Notes: a model not told the origin generated them from the sequence alone. A stretch of 63,383 nucleotides of DNA, filler included, from Reclinomonas americana ATCC 50394 (GCA_048213135.1; 15 parts of 15 records of this genome joined end to end with filler, not necessarily neighbours in it); one strand, 5' to 3'; shown: positions 1 through 15,193, numbered from the whole stretch's first letter. A program made the numbers and translations.

Positions 1-360
1 CTTTTTACGCCTTTCCTTTCCGTCCCTCTCTCCCTCCCTCAGTGTGTTCTCCCTGTCCCTCCCGTGTCTTCGACGCATAGCCAACTATGATGAAAAGAGT
101 GAAGCGCGCGACCAGAATCTCGGCATCTCTCGCTCATGTCGAGAGCATCGCGTCTCCTCCGGCACGTAGAGTAGCTCACTTGTTGGGATGACAGCGACAG
201 ACGACGTGCTCGGAAGGAAGGATGGCGGGGTCGGGTGTCCCACCGGCAAGATCGCGACCACCATTCTATCAATCGTCACGCACGCACTCACTCCCACTCG
301 TGTGCCGAGTGTGAGTGCGCGTGCGCGTGTGTGTGTATAGGCGCAGAGTAGTGTGTTGTC

Positions 361-1715
361 ATGGCAGACCTGCGGTACATGCCACTGAGTGAGCACACGG
401 AGCATGTCGGCTTTGTGTCATGTGTGTCGTTGTCGCATGATGGGCGTTTGGCCGCCACGGGCTCCTTTGACGAAACAGTGCATGTGTGGGACTGCAACTC
501 GGGCCAGCTGGTGTTGCCACCACTGCGTGGACATGAGCGCCGCGTGTGGGCCGTGGCCTTTACGCCCGATGCCTCGCGAGTCATCAGTGGCTCCAGTGAT
601 CACAGCATTCGTGTGTGGTCAATGTCGAGTCCGACACTGCTGCCGCTGGCGGTGGCTCACAGTGAGGCGCACGAGCACCACCACCAGCAGCGCGAGCAGC
701 AAGTAGCGGCAGAGAGCGACGCAGCGGCAGAGGCGGCACCGGTGGTGTTGGACGGGCACTCGGGATCTGTCATGAGCTTGTCCGTGTCCGCGGATTCGCG
801 CGTCCTCGCCAGCGGATCACTCGACAAGACGGTGCGTCTGTGGGATCTCGAGTCGGGCACCGAGCGACACTGCCTGCGCGGGCACACTGAGTTTGTGTTT
901 GCCGTGGCCCTGGCGCCGTGCGAGTCGGCGCCGTGGGTGGTGTCGGGCTCGGAGGATCGCACGCTGCGCGTGTGGTCCGTGCACACGGGTGCGGTGGAGC
1001 ACGTGCTTGTCGGCCACACTGATGGCGTGTATGCGGTGGCCGTGTCGCCCGACGCGGCCTTTGTGGCCAGTGGCTCTGGCGATTTGTCGATTCGCCTCTG
1101 GTCCACCGCCACGTGGGAGACGGTCGCCGTCTTCACCGGCCACACGCTGTCGGTGCGTTCGCTGGCCATCAGCATTGGCTCCACACACGTTGCGAGTGCG
1201 TCGGCCGACAAGTCGGTTCGCGCGTGGGAGGTGGCCTCGGGGCGCCAAGTGCTCTGCATCGAAGACGGTCACAGCGACACCGTCAACGCCGTGGCGATTG
1301 GGCCCGACGGACACCGGGTGGTCAGCGCGTCGTACGACCGCACAGCCCGCGTGTGGGACACATCGCTGCCGCCAGATCCGCTGTTCTGCTCCGAAGGCGA
1401 GCTGGACGCCGCCGACACGGCACTCGACGCCGTGGCCGAGCTGGCCGACGAACAGCGCGACGTGGACGACGACGACGAAACGCACGAACGCGCACTGTAC
1501 TGCACGCTGGCATTCATGGTGCTGCGCGCGTTTGTGCGCGAAGAGGTGGCGCTTCGTGTCGCCCAGCTGCGTCACCGACGAAGACCATCCACTCCAATTG
1601 CTGCAGCTCCGGTTCGTTCTTTGCAGATTGTCTCTGTCTTGTTGTCATGCGCTGACCGTGCCCCCCCACACACACGCAGTCGAATGCAAGCCTGCCGAGA
1701 CCATTCACCGCCTGA
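361..1715 (+). CDS. WD40-repeat protein (eukaryotic)
   Basis: About 7 GH...WD/W repeats (e.g. GHSGSVMSLSVSADSRVLASGSLDKTVRLWD) in one long exon; probable intron 1612-1679 gives a stop at 1713-1715, before the next gene. Confidence 0.85.
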
Positions 1716-1813
1716 GCCATACCAACGTGTACAGAATCCTTCCGCAAGCGAGTTGTCCTCGTCCGTCGTCCCTCTTTCTCAGTTAAGTCTCTTATCTCTT
1801 TTTCAAGTAAATC

Positions 1814-2755
1814 ATGCCCGTGGTGATTGGCACTGGTGCTGGTGGCCTGGCCAAGGTCACTCTGGTGAACGAGCAAGCAGGCGGTGGCCGTGTGGAAGTG
1901 TACCTGCACGGTGCGACAGTGACAAGTTATCGCCCGCGTGAGGATGCCTCCGAGGTGCTCTTTGTGAGCGCACAGGCCGTGTGGGACGGAGTGAAGCCCA
2001 TCCGCGGTGGCATCCCCGTGAGTTCCACACACTCGCATACAGAGAGACACGCAGAGAGGGAGAGAGCTCACGCACCTCTCTTTCTCTCAGGTCGTTTTCC
2101 CACAATTCGGGCAATCTCTCGACGCGCGACTTGCACAGCACGGCTTTGCGCGCAACTCCACGTGGTCACTGTCGCAGGTGGACGACCTCGCCGACAGTGT
2201 GGTGGCCACGTTTACACTGCAATCAAACGAGGCCACCATGGCAGTGTGGCCGCATGCGTTTTCATTGCAGTACGCCGTCACTCTCGGCCCCGATCGGCTG
2301 ACCACGGCGTTGCAGATTAGCAACACGGGCGCGGAGTCGTTCGTCTTTCAGTGCCTCCTGCACACCTATTATCAGCTCGGAGAAGATGTGGCGCATTTGC
2401 AGGTGCACGGACTGCGCGGCTGTGAGTTCCTCGATCAGCTGAAGCAGCGGGCGCGCGTGACGGACGACGCGGAGAGTGCGGCGATTGCGGAGGAGGTGGA
2501 TCGCATCTACTTGTCGGTGCCGGCTGGCACCGAGCTGCAGGTGGCTCAATCGAGCAGTCGCGTGGCGCTGCAGAAGCGCGTGTTTTGGGATGGCGATCGC
2601 AGTCGGGAGGCGGCTTGCGACGTGGTGCTGTGGAATCCGTGGATCGAAAAGTCGCGGCGCATGGCCGACTTTGGCGACGAAGAGGTGCGCCGGCCAGTCG
2701 TTTGTTGAGCGATGCTGTGGTCTCTTATTATTGTTACTTTGTACAGTACCATCAA
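1814..2755 (+). CDS. Glucose-6-phosphate 1-epimerase (aldose 1-epimerase family), 3' partial
   Basis: Motifs VYLHGATVTSY, IRGGIPVVFPQFG (across intron 2018-2090), QHGFARN, LHTY, VDRIY, VVLWNPW..K...MADFGDEE. Confidence 0.9.
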
Positions 2756-2855
2756 NNNNNNNNNNNNNNNNNNNNNNNNNNNNNNNNNNNNNNNNNNNNT
2801 TAATTAATTAANNNNNNNNNNNNNNNNNNNNNNNNNNNNNNNNNNNNNNNNNNNN
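2756..2855. other. Artificial contig spacer (44 N + TTAATTAATTAA + 44 N), first of 14
   Basis: Identical 100-nt blocks with stops in all six frames at 2756, 7344, 11585, 14083, 20986, 22578, 23805, 28723, 31437, 42133, 51068, 53588, 56222 and 59240; genes are cut off at them. Confidence 0.98.
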
Positions 2856-2893
2856 TGATTTTCATTCATCATCATTGGTTTTTCCGAGGGCAG

Positions 2894-5827
<2,934 letters not shown>

Positions 5828-6050
5828 GCGCGCATGGTGTGTGTGTGTGGGGAGAGAGAGAGAGGAGGGAGGGAGTGTATATGTGCGCGCGTAGTGCAGT
5901 GTGCGGTGCAGAGTCGATGCGGTTGCGACGGTATTGTCGATTTTGTGAATTGACTGCTCTTCGAATGGCGACTAGCAGCCTCCGCTCTCGCACACACACA
6001 CACGCAACTTCAATTTCGGACTCATCTGTTGATGACATGTGCGGTCGAAG

Positions 6051-6699
6051 ATGGCAGCGATTAAGCGAACGTGCAGTGCCGAGTGTCGAGCGCCACCGGG
6101 GCCGGCTTACTCAACCGAGGTGCCTGTTGGTTGGTTACATACACCAGCCAATGCACCAATCATCCCCCAAAGGCAAAAACCGCCCGTGCGTGTACGTGTG
6201 CACGATCGATCGGAACCGGAGCGCCAGCATGGCAAAGATACTGTAAGTAGCATTCAACTCTGCAGTGCGTGTGGGCGCGTGTACTTGCGTGATTCGCAAG
6301 CTCGGAAATGTGTGCGTTGTGCGTATCTCGACTTTCAGACATTTGTGATGCACACCTGTTTTCCGCTTTCGGAGACGGCGGCGTTCATGAGTTCCAATCG
6401 CCGCCTGTTGCAGTCGGTCCTCGCCTGCAAAAACTCGCAGCCGCCCACATGCATCAGTGAAGTGCGTCCGAGCGCGTGTTGCGCAAGTGTGGCCAGGTGC
6501 GGAGTTCGAAGAACAACAATCGGACAAGCCGTCCACTTGCGCTCCACACACGCAGTCTCCCACTGCGACGCACACCGCGAGCTGCATGGAGAGCGCGCGC
6601 GCACGTGTCTGTGAAAGAAGACAGACAGAGGAAGATGCGCAGCGCATGTTGAATTTGCAGCGGGCCACGGCTTGCACTTGCCGCGCCAGCGGACTTTGA
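6051..6699 (+). CDS. Small Cys-rich hypothetical protein, intron-containing
   Basis: ATG, GT-AG candidates and several CxxC-like pairs; no family recognised and exon structure uncertain. Confidence 0.3.
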
Positions 6700-6902
6700 G
6701 TCGGTGTGTTCCCTTTTTTCTTATTTCGATTGTGCGAGAGCGGAAGCAAACAGTGCAACGCCAAGTCGTGCGTGCGTGGTGCTGTTATCGACCACACGCA
6801 CACACACACACGCACACGCACACACACAGTGTATCACACAGCTGTCTGCGAGTGAGTGCGTGGAGCGATCGCGAGTGAGTGCGTGAGACCGTTTGTCAAT
6901 CG

Positions 6903-7343
6903 ATGAGCGCTTTTCAGCCGCACTCCGCTGCCGCAACAACAGCAGCAGAGGAGGACGATGAGCAGCAACGACTCACTGCCAGAGCTGCACAACAACACCA
7001 AGACGACGACGATGGTCCAAATCCTCTGCTTGCAGCTGCTGCACTACAGAGCCTCCAACAGCAACAGCAACAACAAGAAGGTGGCGATTACCAGCACAGT
7101 GGCAGTGAAGGCGGCATGAGTGGCGAGGACGATGCCGGCGAGGAGTATGACGAGCTGGAGGAGGAGGAGGATGCCGAGTATGACCAATCGGCCACTCAGC
7201 AACATCACCACTTGTCAATGACATCAGCTGATCTGCTGCAGGCGCCTCCTCTGCGTCGGCGGAGTAGTGGTGGTGGTGGTGGTGTGCCTGTGGGAGTGCA
7301 TCATCAAGTGGGAGGCAGGAGGCAGCCGCCAGTGGGATTCAGC
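6903..7343 (+). CDS. N-terminus of an acidic/Gln-rich protein, cut by spacer
   Basis: Open low-complexity coding-like frame (poly-Q, E/D) running into Ns. Confidence 0.45.
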
Positions 7344-7512
7344 NNNNNNNNNNNNNNNNNNNNNNNNNNNNNNNNNNNNNNNNNNNNTTAATTAATTAAN
7401 NNNNNNNNNNNNNNNNNNNNNNNNNNNNNNNNNNNNNNNNNNNTGTGTGTGCGCACGCGCGTTGACTACACAGAGAGCTGTGTGTGAGAGAGCATGAGGC
7501 AAAGAATCACTC

Positions 7513-7886
7513 ACGCGTTTTGTGCCTGGCGAATGAGATCATTTGTCGCTCGCACTTTCTGCACGCGCGCATGCAACCATGTGTGAGGAGAATGCACACT
7601 TGCGTGCGCGTGTGTGTGTGAGTTGAGTGACAGGGGAATGACCAACAGACCTCGCGCTTCTCGCGTTCGGGCGCCGCCTGGATCTCATTGATGCTGCCCT
7701 CAATGTCGTCCTCCAGCTGGAACAGCCGCTTGTCAAACACAGAGACTGCGAGTGGCACACGAGTGAGCAGCAGATATACAAAAGAGTGCGTGAGGGAGAG
7801 ATGGCCAACACGACCGCGCTTTCACACACAAACATACACACGCACACAGAACACACACGCAAATGATGCGCACCTTCGTTCTCCAT
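7513..7886 (-). CDS. 5' part of a helical hypothetical protein (MENE/VFDKRLFQLEDDIEGSINEIQ...)
   Basis: ATG at 7886, canonical GT-AG introns, coding-like exons; head-to-head with the Tom40-like gene. Confidence 0.4.
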
Positions 7887-8006
7887 TACACAAAGGACTG
7901 CGCTTGAATGCACGAGAAACGCGGAGGAGCAGGGGTTACCACTCGTGTTGGTTACCGCCGCCAATCGAGTGGACGGACCGCGAAACCCTCTCCATCACAT
8001 CACAAA

Positions 8007-9393
8007 ATGCCACTGCCGCACCCAGGCAAATACGCTGATCACGCGCATGAGATCAACGGCATCCTGCTCAGTTGCGTTGCTTGCACACCTCATCATCATT
8101 TGCGCGTGTGCCTGTGCGCGTGTGTTTGCACATCGACATGGGCATGCCCTCCCCTCGCCTCTCTCTCTCTCTCTCGCTTGTGCTCACCGTTGTGTGTGTC
8201 GTGCAGCTGAGCATGAGATGATCGATGGCGCGCGAATCCGCTTCATGAAGCCGGTTTGCACTTCCCGTGTGTCTCTCTCTTGTGAGTCTTGGGCATGCTC
8301 TGACCATGTCCATACTCGCCTCACGCAGCTGAGCTTGTCACGCACGCGGTCACTGATCCTCACACACATGATCAACTTGAACTCGCGAATGTCGGCGTAC
8401 CAGTTTGGCGTGCAGACGGAGTGGAAGAACGTTCTGTCACTGAGAGAGAGAGAGAGAGAAGAGGATCGGAATGCATGTGCTGACTGCCCATTCTGCATTG
8501 CAGTTCATGCTGATGGCGCAGCGCGACAGCAGTGGCACATTCACAGCCAATGGGCGGTTCCAGAAGGACCGGGTGCGTTCCACACACGCGTGTGTGTCAG
8601 TGTGGTGGAGCAGAAATGCTGATTTGATTTGGGAGCGCAGTTCGACTCGTTTGCAGTGTACCACTTGGCCAAGGACAGGGGCATGGAGTTCTGGCAGGCG
8701 GGCGTCGATGTGGGATCACAAGCGGATCCGTGGCAGGTGTCGGCGTCGTACATGAAGGGCAGTGTGTCGGCCTCAGTGATGAAGTCGCTCACTCCGCGCT
8801 GGTCGGCCGGTGTCGAAATCAAGCACAAGTTGCGGCGCTCCTGCTTGAGCTGGAGAGGAAGAAGTCCTCGGTGCTCATTGGTTGTTTGCACAGTGCTGCG
8901 TACCTGGGTCGCGCTCAAGATTCGCCTCGTATTCCTGAAACCATTCTCGGAGCGGCTGCTCGCTACGAGACACCACACTGGGTGGCCACGCTGGAGGCCA
9001 CCTCGCAGAAGCGCATTGTGGCCTCGTACACCCGCAAGCTGACATCCAGAGCGTCCATTGGCACGCTTCTGAGGACGGATCTGTCGGATCCGGCATCGTC
9101 GGTGGTGAAGATTGGCTACGACTACCGTCTCGCGCAGCCGGCCTACGGCATCAACTCGCGAGTGCGTGGAACCGTGGAGTTTGGCCGCAAGGCGAATCGC
9201 GTGGCGTGTGCCTTTGAGGAGCGTGTGTCGGAGTCAAACACGTTCATTCTGCACGGCGACCTCGTGTACAGCGATCGCCCACAGTACAAGTTGCGTTGAT
9301 AAGGGAGACGGAGAGGGAGGAGGAGAGAGAGAGATTCTTACGTGCTGTGTTGTGTGGTGCAGGTTCGGCATTGGCCTCAACTACGGCCACTAA
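8007..9393 (+). CDS. Tom40-like mitochondrial porin-family beta-barrel, 6 introns
   Basis: N-terminal LPHPGKY resembles Tom40 LPNPG; spliced C-terminus QYKFGIGLNYGH* is a beta-signal; introns 8071-8206, 8254-8328, 8431-8503, 8573-8640, 8829-8893, 9290-9362 keep the frame. Confidence 0.75.
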
Positions 9394-10201
9394 GCTGCTT
9401 GGTGGGATCAACTGTAGTCGGTGGTGGTGGTGATGGTGTGGCCGCCTTTCTTGATTCTTCGATGGTGTCATTTCGTTGCATTTCTTTGCATCGCATTCAT
9501 TCGCCTCTCTCTTTTTTCTTTGCTCCCTTCCCCTCCCCTCCCTCGCCTGCCTCCTCTCCTTCTCACTCGCTCCGTTCCTTTGCCACCATGTCCTTCCCGT
9601 CCAGCCTCGCACCTTGTGTGCGAGAGAAACAAGTTTGTTCTGGTTGGTGGATGAGTGTGTGGCAGAAGAAGGAGTGGTGAATGTGGGGAAAAAAGGCAAC
9701 CCGGTGGTAGAGGAGGAGGAGGTGGTGGCGGGAGGGAGGGTGACGTGGTGTGTGTGTGTGTGTGCGATGAGTGTGGCATCTGGCTGCACTGTTGATGGGA
9801 GATGGAGAGTGAGGTTGCTAATTTGGTGGTGGTGGTGGTGGTGGTGGGCGGCACAGCTCACAGTGTGGCGGGTGTGTGACGCACGATGTTTCTGTTTACC
9901 TCTCTTATTTTTTCTTCCGAGTTAACGCAATAGATTGTTGGTCTCGTCTTTTTCTCTCTCCAGTTTTTTTTTGCGTCGTCGTTGTTTCTCCGCCACCCGT
10001 TGTGTGCGTGTATGTCGTGTGTGTGTGTGTGGTGGTCGAGTTGGGCCTGTGATAATGTAGCTAGAAGTGCATGCGTTTGCCATATTATGATGCTCGTTTA
10101 CAATGTATTCACGACGCCAGTGTAGTGGTGGTACAACAAAAAACAGTGGACTGCCACAACATATTTAAAAAACACACGCAGTAGCAGGAGCCGCCCACCG
10201 C

Positions 10202-11513
10202 TTATTCGTCGTCAGCGGCCTCGTTGTCGGTCACCGTTGCTTCCGCTGCGTCGGCGTTGGCCTTGGAGGCGTCGGGCTTCACTGGCGGGAAGTTGTAGAC
10301 GAGAATGTCGCGCCACGCCGAAACGATGCGGTTCACCGTCTGCTGCAGCACCTCCTTCTCGCCCTTGCGCAGGCGCACAGCCGAGCGCACATTCGGCGAC
10401 AGAGTGCGCTTCAGACGCTGCTCGTCCTCCTCAATCGACGTCTCGTACTCGCGGAACATGGTCTCGGCGGCCGCCAGCACCGTGCGGAACATGGTCAGCT
10501 CGTTGTCGAGCGACACGCCCACCGAGGTATCGTTCGTCGCCGCCAGGCGCACCAGATCCTGACCCTTGGCCAGCTGCACAACAGAGAGGGCGATGTCAGC
10601 GCAGCTGGCACACACTTTTTGTGAGGAAAGACAGAAACACACACACACCTGAATGCGCAGCGCAGTGAACAGCTCGTCGGGGCTCTCGGTGAGCGACAGG
10701 AAGAAGAAGCCGTCGGTGTTGATCTTGCGCAGCTCCAGAATGGCCTTCTTCAGCTTGACGTCCTCGGCCTCGTCGTTCAGACGAGTGTTGATGAGCACGA
10801 CATCGTACGAGGGATCGTCGAGCACGTAGCCGTTCGACAGCAGCAGGTCGAGGTTGGTCTTCTTGCCCGTGTTGACAAACACCTGCTCGCCCTTGGCAAA
10901 GTCGGCGCCCGCCAGCACGTCAAACGAGCGCGTCTCGTTGTTGAACTTGAAATCGGTCGGCACGTTGCCGTGGTTGATCATGTCCAGGCCGGGGATGAGG
11001 CACACTACCGAGCCGTCGGCCAGGTTGAGCGTGAACGAGCGCGCCGCCACAGTCGACACGGCCCACTTGAAATCGTCAAAGGTGAACTTGTCCTTGGGGA
11101 AGACCTCCGCGTACGTGCTATTGCCCTGCACAAACTCGGAGAGCGACTCGTACGTCGACTGCATCTGCTCCAGACGCGACTTGGCGAGCGACACAATGCT
11201 CGATCCCTTCAGCTCCTTCATCTCGGCCTCGGAAAAGTACAACGGCGTGTTGTACGTCGTCGGCAACGCATTCAACCAACCACTGAACTTGGACTCGGCG
11301 TTGTACTTTTCCGCCAGCACCGCCAGCCCGAGCAAGAGTTGATCGTTGACCTGTCCGATTTCACACACATGAGTGACTCTCAAGAGGCGGTCCCATGCAA
11401 GCAATACGACGCACCTCTGGGTACGCGTCGACGAGGAACTTGAGCGTGACAGTACGCGCCACGCGGCTGTTGAGGAAGGTGTCCACGGGGATCGACATCA
11501 TCAACTCGCCAGT
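10202..11513 (-). CDS. SET-domain protein with Rubisco-LSMT substrate-binding domain (SETD3/LSMT-like), 5' partial
   Basis: FKWAVSTVAARSF, LIPGLDMINH, GEQVFVN.G..TN..LLL..GY, YETSIEEDE, A.RLR.GEK.VL. Confidence 0.88.
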
Positions 11514-11708
11514 CTGCACAGGAGAGAGAGGCACAGAGTGAGAGTCGCCATGCCACGTGGCATGTCTTGCAACACACACACACANNNNNNNNNNNNNNNN
11601 NNNNNNNNNNNNNNNNNNNNNNNNNNNNTTAATTAATTAANNNNNNNNNNNNNNNNNNNNNNNNNNNNNNNNNNNNNNNNNNNNCGCTAACGCACGCCAT
11701 TTCAATAG

Positions 11709-14024
11709 GTTCTCGAGTACTTGGTGGAGGTGCTGCCGGTGGAGGTGTTTTTCGACGCCGACAATGATGGATTCTTGCCGGTGGACTCGGACGTGTTCCG
11801 ACACTTGCTGGCCGACCCCGATTCGGTGGTGCATCGGTACAAGGATGCCAGTTGCGTGCACTTTCTGTCAGTCTCACCACTGATTTCCATCCTTGTTCAC
11901 CTCTGCCGTCTCTCGCGCAACGCAGTTGATCAGTACAGCAAGACTCGCTTGTCGGCCGATCACGATCGCTCGGGGTCGACGCATACCTCGTCGCGACACT
12001 CGCGCGACGTGGAGCGCACGGGTGGTGAGATTGACTGGAGCAAGCTGCGGTTTGCGCAGATCAAGCATGTTGCGTTGTGGGGGAAGGGGGAGGGGGAGGA
12101 GGAGGAGGAGGGAGGGGGGAGGGAAGGAAGGAGGAGGGAGCGGGCGGAAGAGCTTCTATGTTTTTCTCAGCGTAGAGAGATGAGCACATCGTGGCGCTGT
12201 CTCCTGCGTGAGAGAGAGCGCAAGGGTAAAGGAGAGATAGATGGAGACTTTGCATGTTCTAATGACAGATTCACGCACATCGTGTTGCTGTCTCCTGTGT
12301 GAAGAGAGAGTGCAAGGGAGAAGGAGAGACAAATGGAGACGTTGCGTATTCTTGCAGAAGAGCATGTTTGCGAATGACGGATTCACGCATATCGTACTGC
12401 TTTCTCCTGTGTGAAGAGACTGTGTGTGTGAGAGAGAGAGAGAGCAAAAAAACCTTGCATGTTTTCTCTGCGTTGTAAATATGAGCGTGCATCCGGTTGG
12501 CACCGATCATGTTGCTGTCTTGTTTCTCAAGAGAGAGAGAGAGAAACTTTGCATGTGTTTCTCGCGTTGTGATATGTGCGCGCTTCCGAGTCACTGGTGC
12601 TGACGTTTACGCTGTCTCGTCGACGCAGTTGCACCACACCAAGGGCGAGACGCAGATGATGGGCTTCTCGGCGGCGAAGCTGCTCTTCATGTGTGTTATC
12701 ATGTGCGGCTTTGTCAACCCGGTGGTGTACTGGATCATGTTCTTCTTTGGCCTGTACCTGCTGACGCGCCTGGCGCGACGCACCGGCGAGGGCCGCAACA
12801 TGCTCTTCTTCTCCTACATGGCCACCTACTACATCCCCGTGATGATTACCTATTTGTGGTGGTTTGGATGTTGCGTCAAGTTGCTTCCTTTTTTTTGTAT
12901 TTGACCGCCCAGGCTCACCGGCTTTCTTGCACAGTGCACGACTTTGTGTCGTTCCTGTTTGTCACGTGCTGGATCATCAGTTGGCCCAACCTCATCCGCA
13001 CGCACATGTCGGATCCGGGTTTCATCTTTGCGAAACCGGAGCACTTGCGCGAGATCTTTTCGTGTGTGGAAAGGAAGATTCCGATCAACTGGAAGAAGGT
13101 GTGCCGCACATGCATGATGCTCCGGCCGCTGCGTAGCAAGCATTGCTCGGTGCGCAACTGCTGCATCGCGCGCTTTGATCACTACTGCGGGTGGACGGTG
13201 AATGCGATTGGAGCAGGTGAGTCTCGTCGTCGTGTTACTGTTGTTTTGTGAGCTTTGCATTTCATCTCTCTCTCTCTTCTCAATGCGCAGGCAACCACCG
13301 CACGTTCTTGCTCTTCTCCATTGGCTTGATGTCGGCGTTCTTGCTGCACATGTACAAGATGGTGACGTTCATCTACCACCACAAGCTCATCACGGAGGGA
13401 CTGTGGGAGATTGCATTCCAGTCGCACACGGCCATGTTCAACTACATCACGGCCGAGATCTTCCTCGCCGGCTACCTCATCATCCTCAACGTGCAGCAGC
13501 TGATGATGGTCGGTCGCAACTTGACGGTCAACGAGATGATGAATGCCGGCAGATACGCCCACTTGCGCGACCCCACCACCGGCGCCTTCCACAACCCGTT
13601 CAACATGGGTTTCTGGGGCAACATGCGGGTGCGTTCCGTGAGCATAGCAGAATGAGAACCATTCGATTCGCAGCGATGACTGATTCTCATTGTACGCAGG
13701 AATTCTGGATGGGGCCGTCGCCGCCACTCATCTATGATGGCAGTGTCAGCATTCAGGGCACCATGGCCATGACTCCGACGGCTGGCGGTGGTTGCGAGCA
13801 CGGCTGCGAGCATGACCACGGCGGTGGTCGCGGTCACGCTGGCCACGGCCACTCGCACGGTCACCACCAGCACGGGCACGGACACGGTCACGCGCATGGC
13901 GGACACGGTGGACACCATCACGGCGGGCACTCGCACGGGCATGGTGGCCACGGAGGCCATGGTGACGGGCCGCCAACGGTCGACGTGGAGGAGCAGCAGC
14001 AATTGTACCAGATGCTGTCAAGAG
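11709..14024 (+). CDS. DHHC (DHYC) palmitoyltransferase with His/Gly-rich C-terminal region, partial
   Basis: SDPGF, [54 protein letters not shown]. Confidence 0.92.
12185..12570 (+). repeat. Degenerate tandem repeat (3-4 units of about 90-110 nt) inside a long intron
   Basis: Recurring CACATCGT(G/A)..GCTGTCTCCTG.GTGA(A)GAGAG...TTGCATGT at about 12185, 12276, 12387, 12506. Confidence 0.7.
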
Positions 14025-14188
14025 GTTTGTGTGTGTTCGAAAACCGCATGCATATCTTGTGCACCGTTTTTTTATTTCAGCANNNNNNNNNNNNNNNNNN
14101 NNNNNNNNNNNNNNNNNNNNNNNNNNTTAATTAATTAANNNNNNNNNNNNNNNNNNNNNNNNNNNNNNNNNNNNNNNNNNNNCTACTG

Positions 14189-15193
14189 ATGCACCCACAC
14201 CACATGCACGCGGCATCGCCGAGCAAGACTTCGTCGGTGGCCGCATTGCTCTCGCAGCACTCGCCACTGTTGCGCCCTCAGCAGCAGCAGCCACAGCAGC
14301 AGCAGTTGGTGACGAGTCTTCCCTCGCTGTCGCATATGCTGGCGGGTGCGGATTCCCAGTTTGGCTTCGAGTACACGGCTGCTGCTCCTCTTCTGCACCA
14401 TCATCATCATCACCATGTGGCGCAACCTACTGCCGCCACCGCCGCGCTCAACATCTCGCAGATGCTGGCGCTCCACTTGCAGCAGCAGCCGGCACAGTCG
14501 CCGGGCCTGGCGCCCGCCACTCCGCCCTCGCAGCCCCTCCCGGCACCTATTGCCACCTCCGCGATATCGTCTTCTTCGTCCTCCTCGTCGTCTTCGTCGC
14601 CTCTGTCGGCCTCCAGCACGGCAACCATGTTGGCCGCAGCGCGCGCGAGGCAGTTGGTGCGTGCCGCGTCCCCGGAACTGCCACTGGCACTCCTTTCGCG
14701 ACCAATTGCCATGCCACCGACATCAGCGCAAATGTTGCCGACACCACCACCGCCACCGCCGCCTCCAGTTCATTATCCGCAACAGCACCAGCAGCAGCAG
14801 TTGCGACGACCAGCAGCGGGCGGCAACAAGAGGCGCCGCTCGTCCGCCGAGGCGTTTTCGCCATCCGGGGACGAAACCGAACGCATGTTCGTGAAGTCTA
14901 CATCATCATCATCATCGCCGCCGCAGCCACCGCGATCGGCGGTTGCTGTTGACAGCAGTGCGCTGGAGCCGCCACGGAAGCGCCGCTCGCCGTCGCACGC
15001 CGAGGTGCGGAAACCCGCGCGCAGCAGGCAACCACCACAGCCGCTCAGGACAAGTGGTGGTGGTAGTGGTGCGGCCGCCGCTGCCACTGCTGCTGCTGCT
15101 GCTGCTGCTGCGACGAATGCGTGGCAGTGCGCACGCATGGACTCGCTGGTCGGCGCGCTGCTGTCGGCGGCAGAGGTTGTCGGCCGATCATGA
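14189..15193 (+). CDS. Low-complexity Pro/Gln/Ser/Ala-rich protein, probably 5' partial
   Basis: 334-codon ORF with basic NLS-like patches (KRRRS, PRKRRSP); no domain recognised. Confidence 0.55.
   Translation: MHPHHMHAASPSKTSSVAALLSQHSPLLRPQQQQPQQQQLVTSLPSLSHMLAGADSQFGFEYTAAAPLLHHHHHHHVAQPTAATAALNISQMLALHLQQQPAQSPGLAPATPPSQPLPAPIATSAISSSSSSSSSSSPLSASSTATMLAAARARQLVRAASPELPLALLSRPIAMPPTSAQMLPTPPPPPPPPVHYPQQHQQQQLRRPAAGGNKRRRSSAEAFSPSGDETERMFVKSTSSSSSPPQPPRSAVAVDSSALEPPRKRRSPSHAEVRKPARSRQPPQPLRTSGGGSGAAAAATAAAAAAAATNAWQCARMDSLVGALLSAAEVVGRS

Noticed and set aside
361..1941. 526-aa WD40 ORF overlapping or fused to the epimerase
   Set aside because: An intron at 1612-1679 gives a stop at 1715, and the epimerase has its own ATG in another frame
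2800..2811. Recurring TTAATTAATTAA palindrome as a biological repeat or CRISPR-like array
   Set aside because: Always centred in exactly 44+44 Ns and encodes stops in all frames; it is an artificial linker
9394..10200. GT/GGT/CT-rich tracts as a structured RNA or hidden gene
   Set aside because: Simple-sequence composition typical of this genome's UTRs and introns; no supportable model
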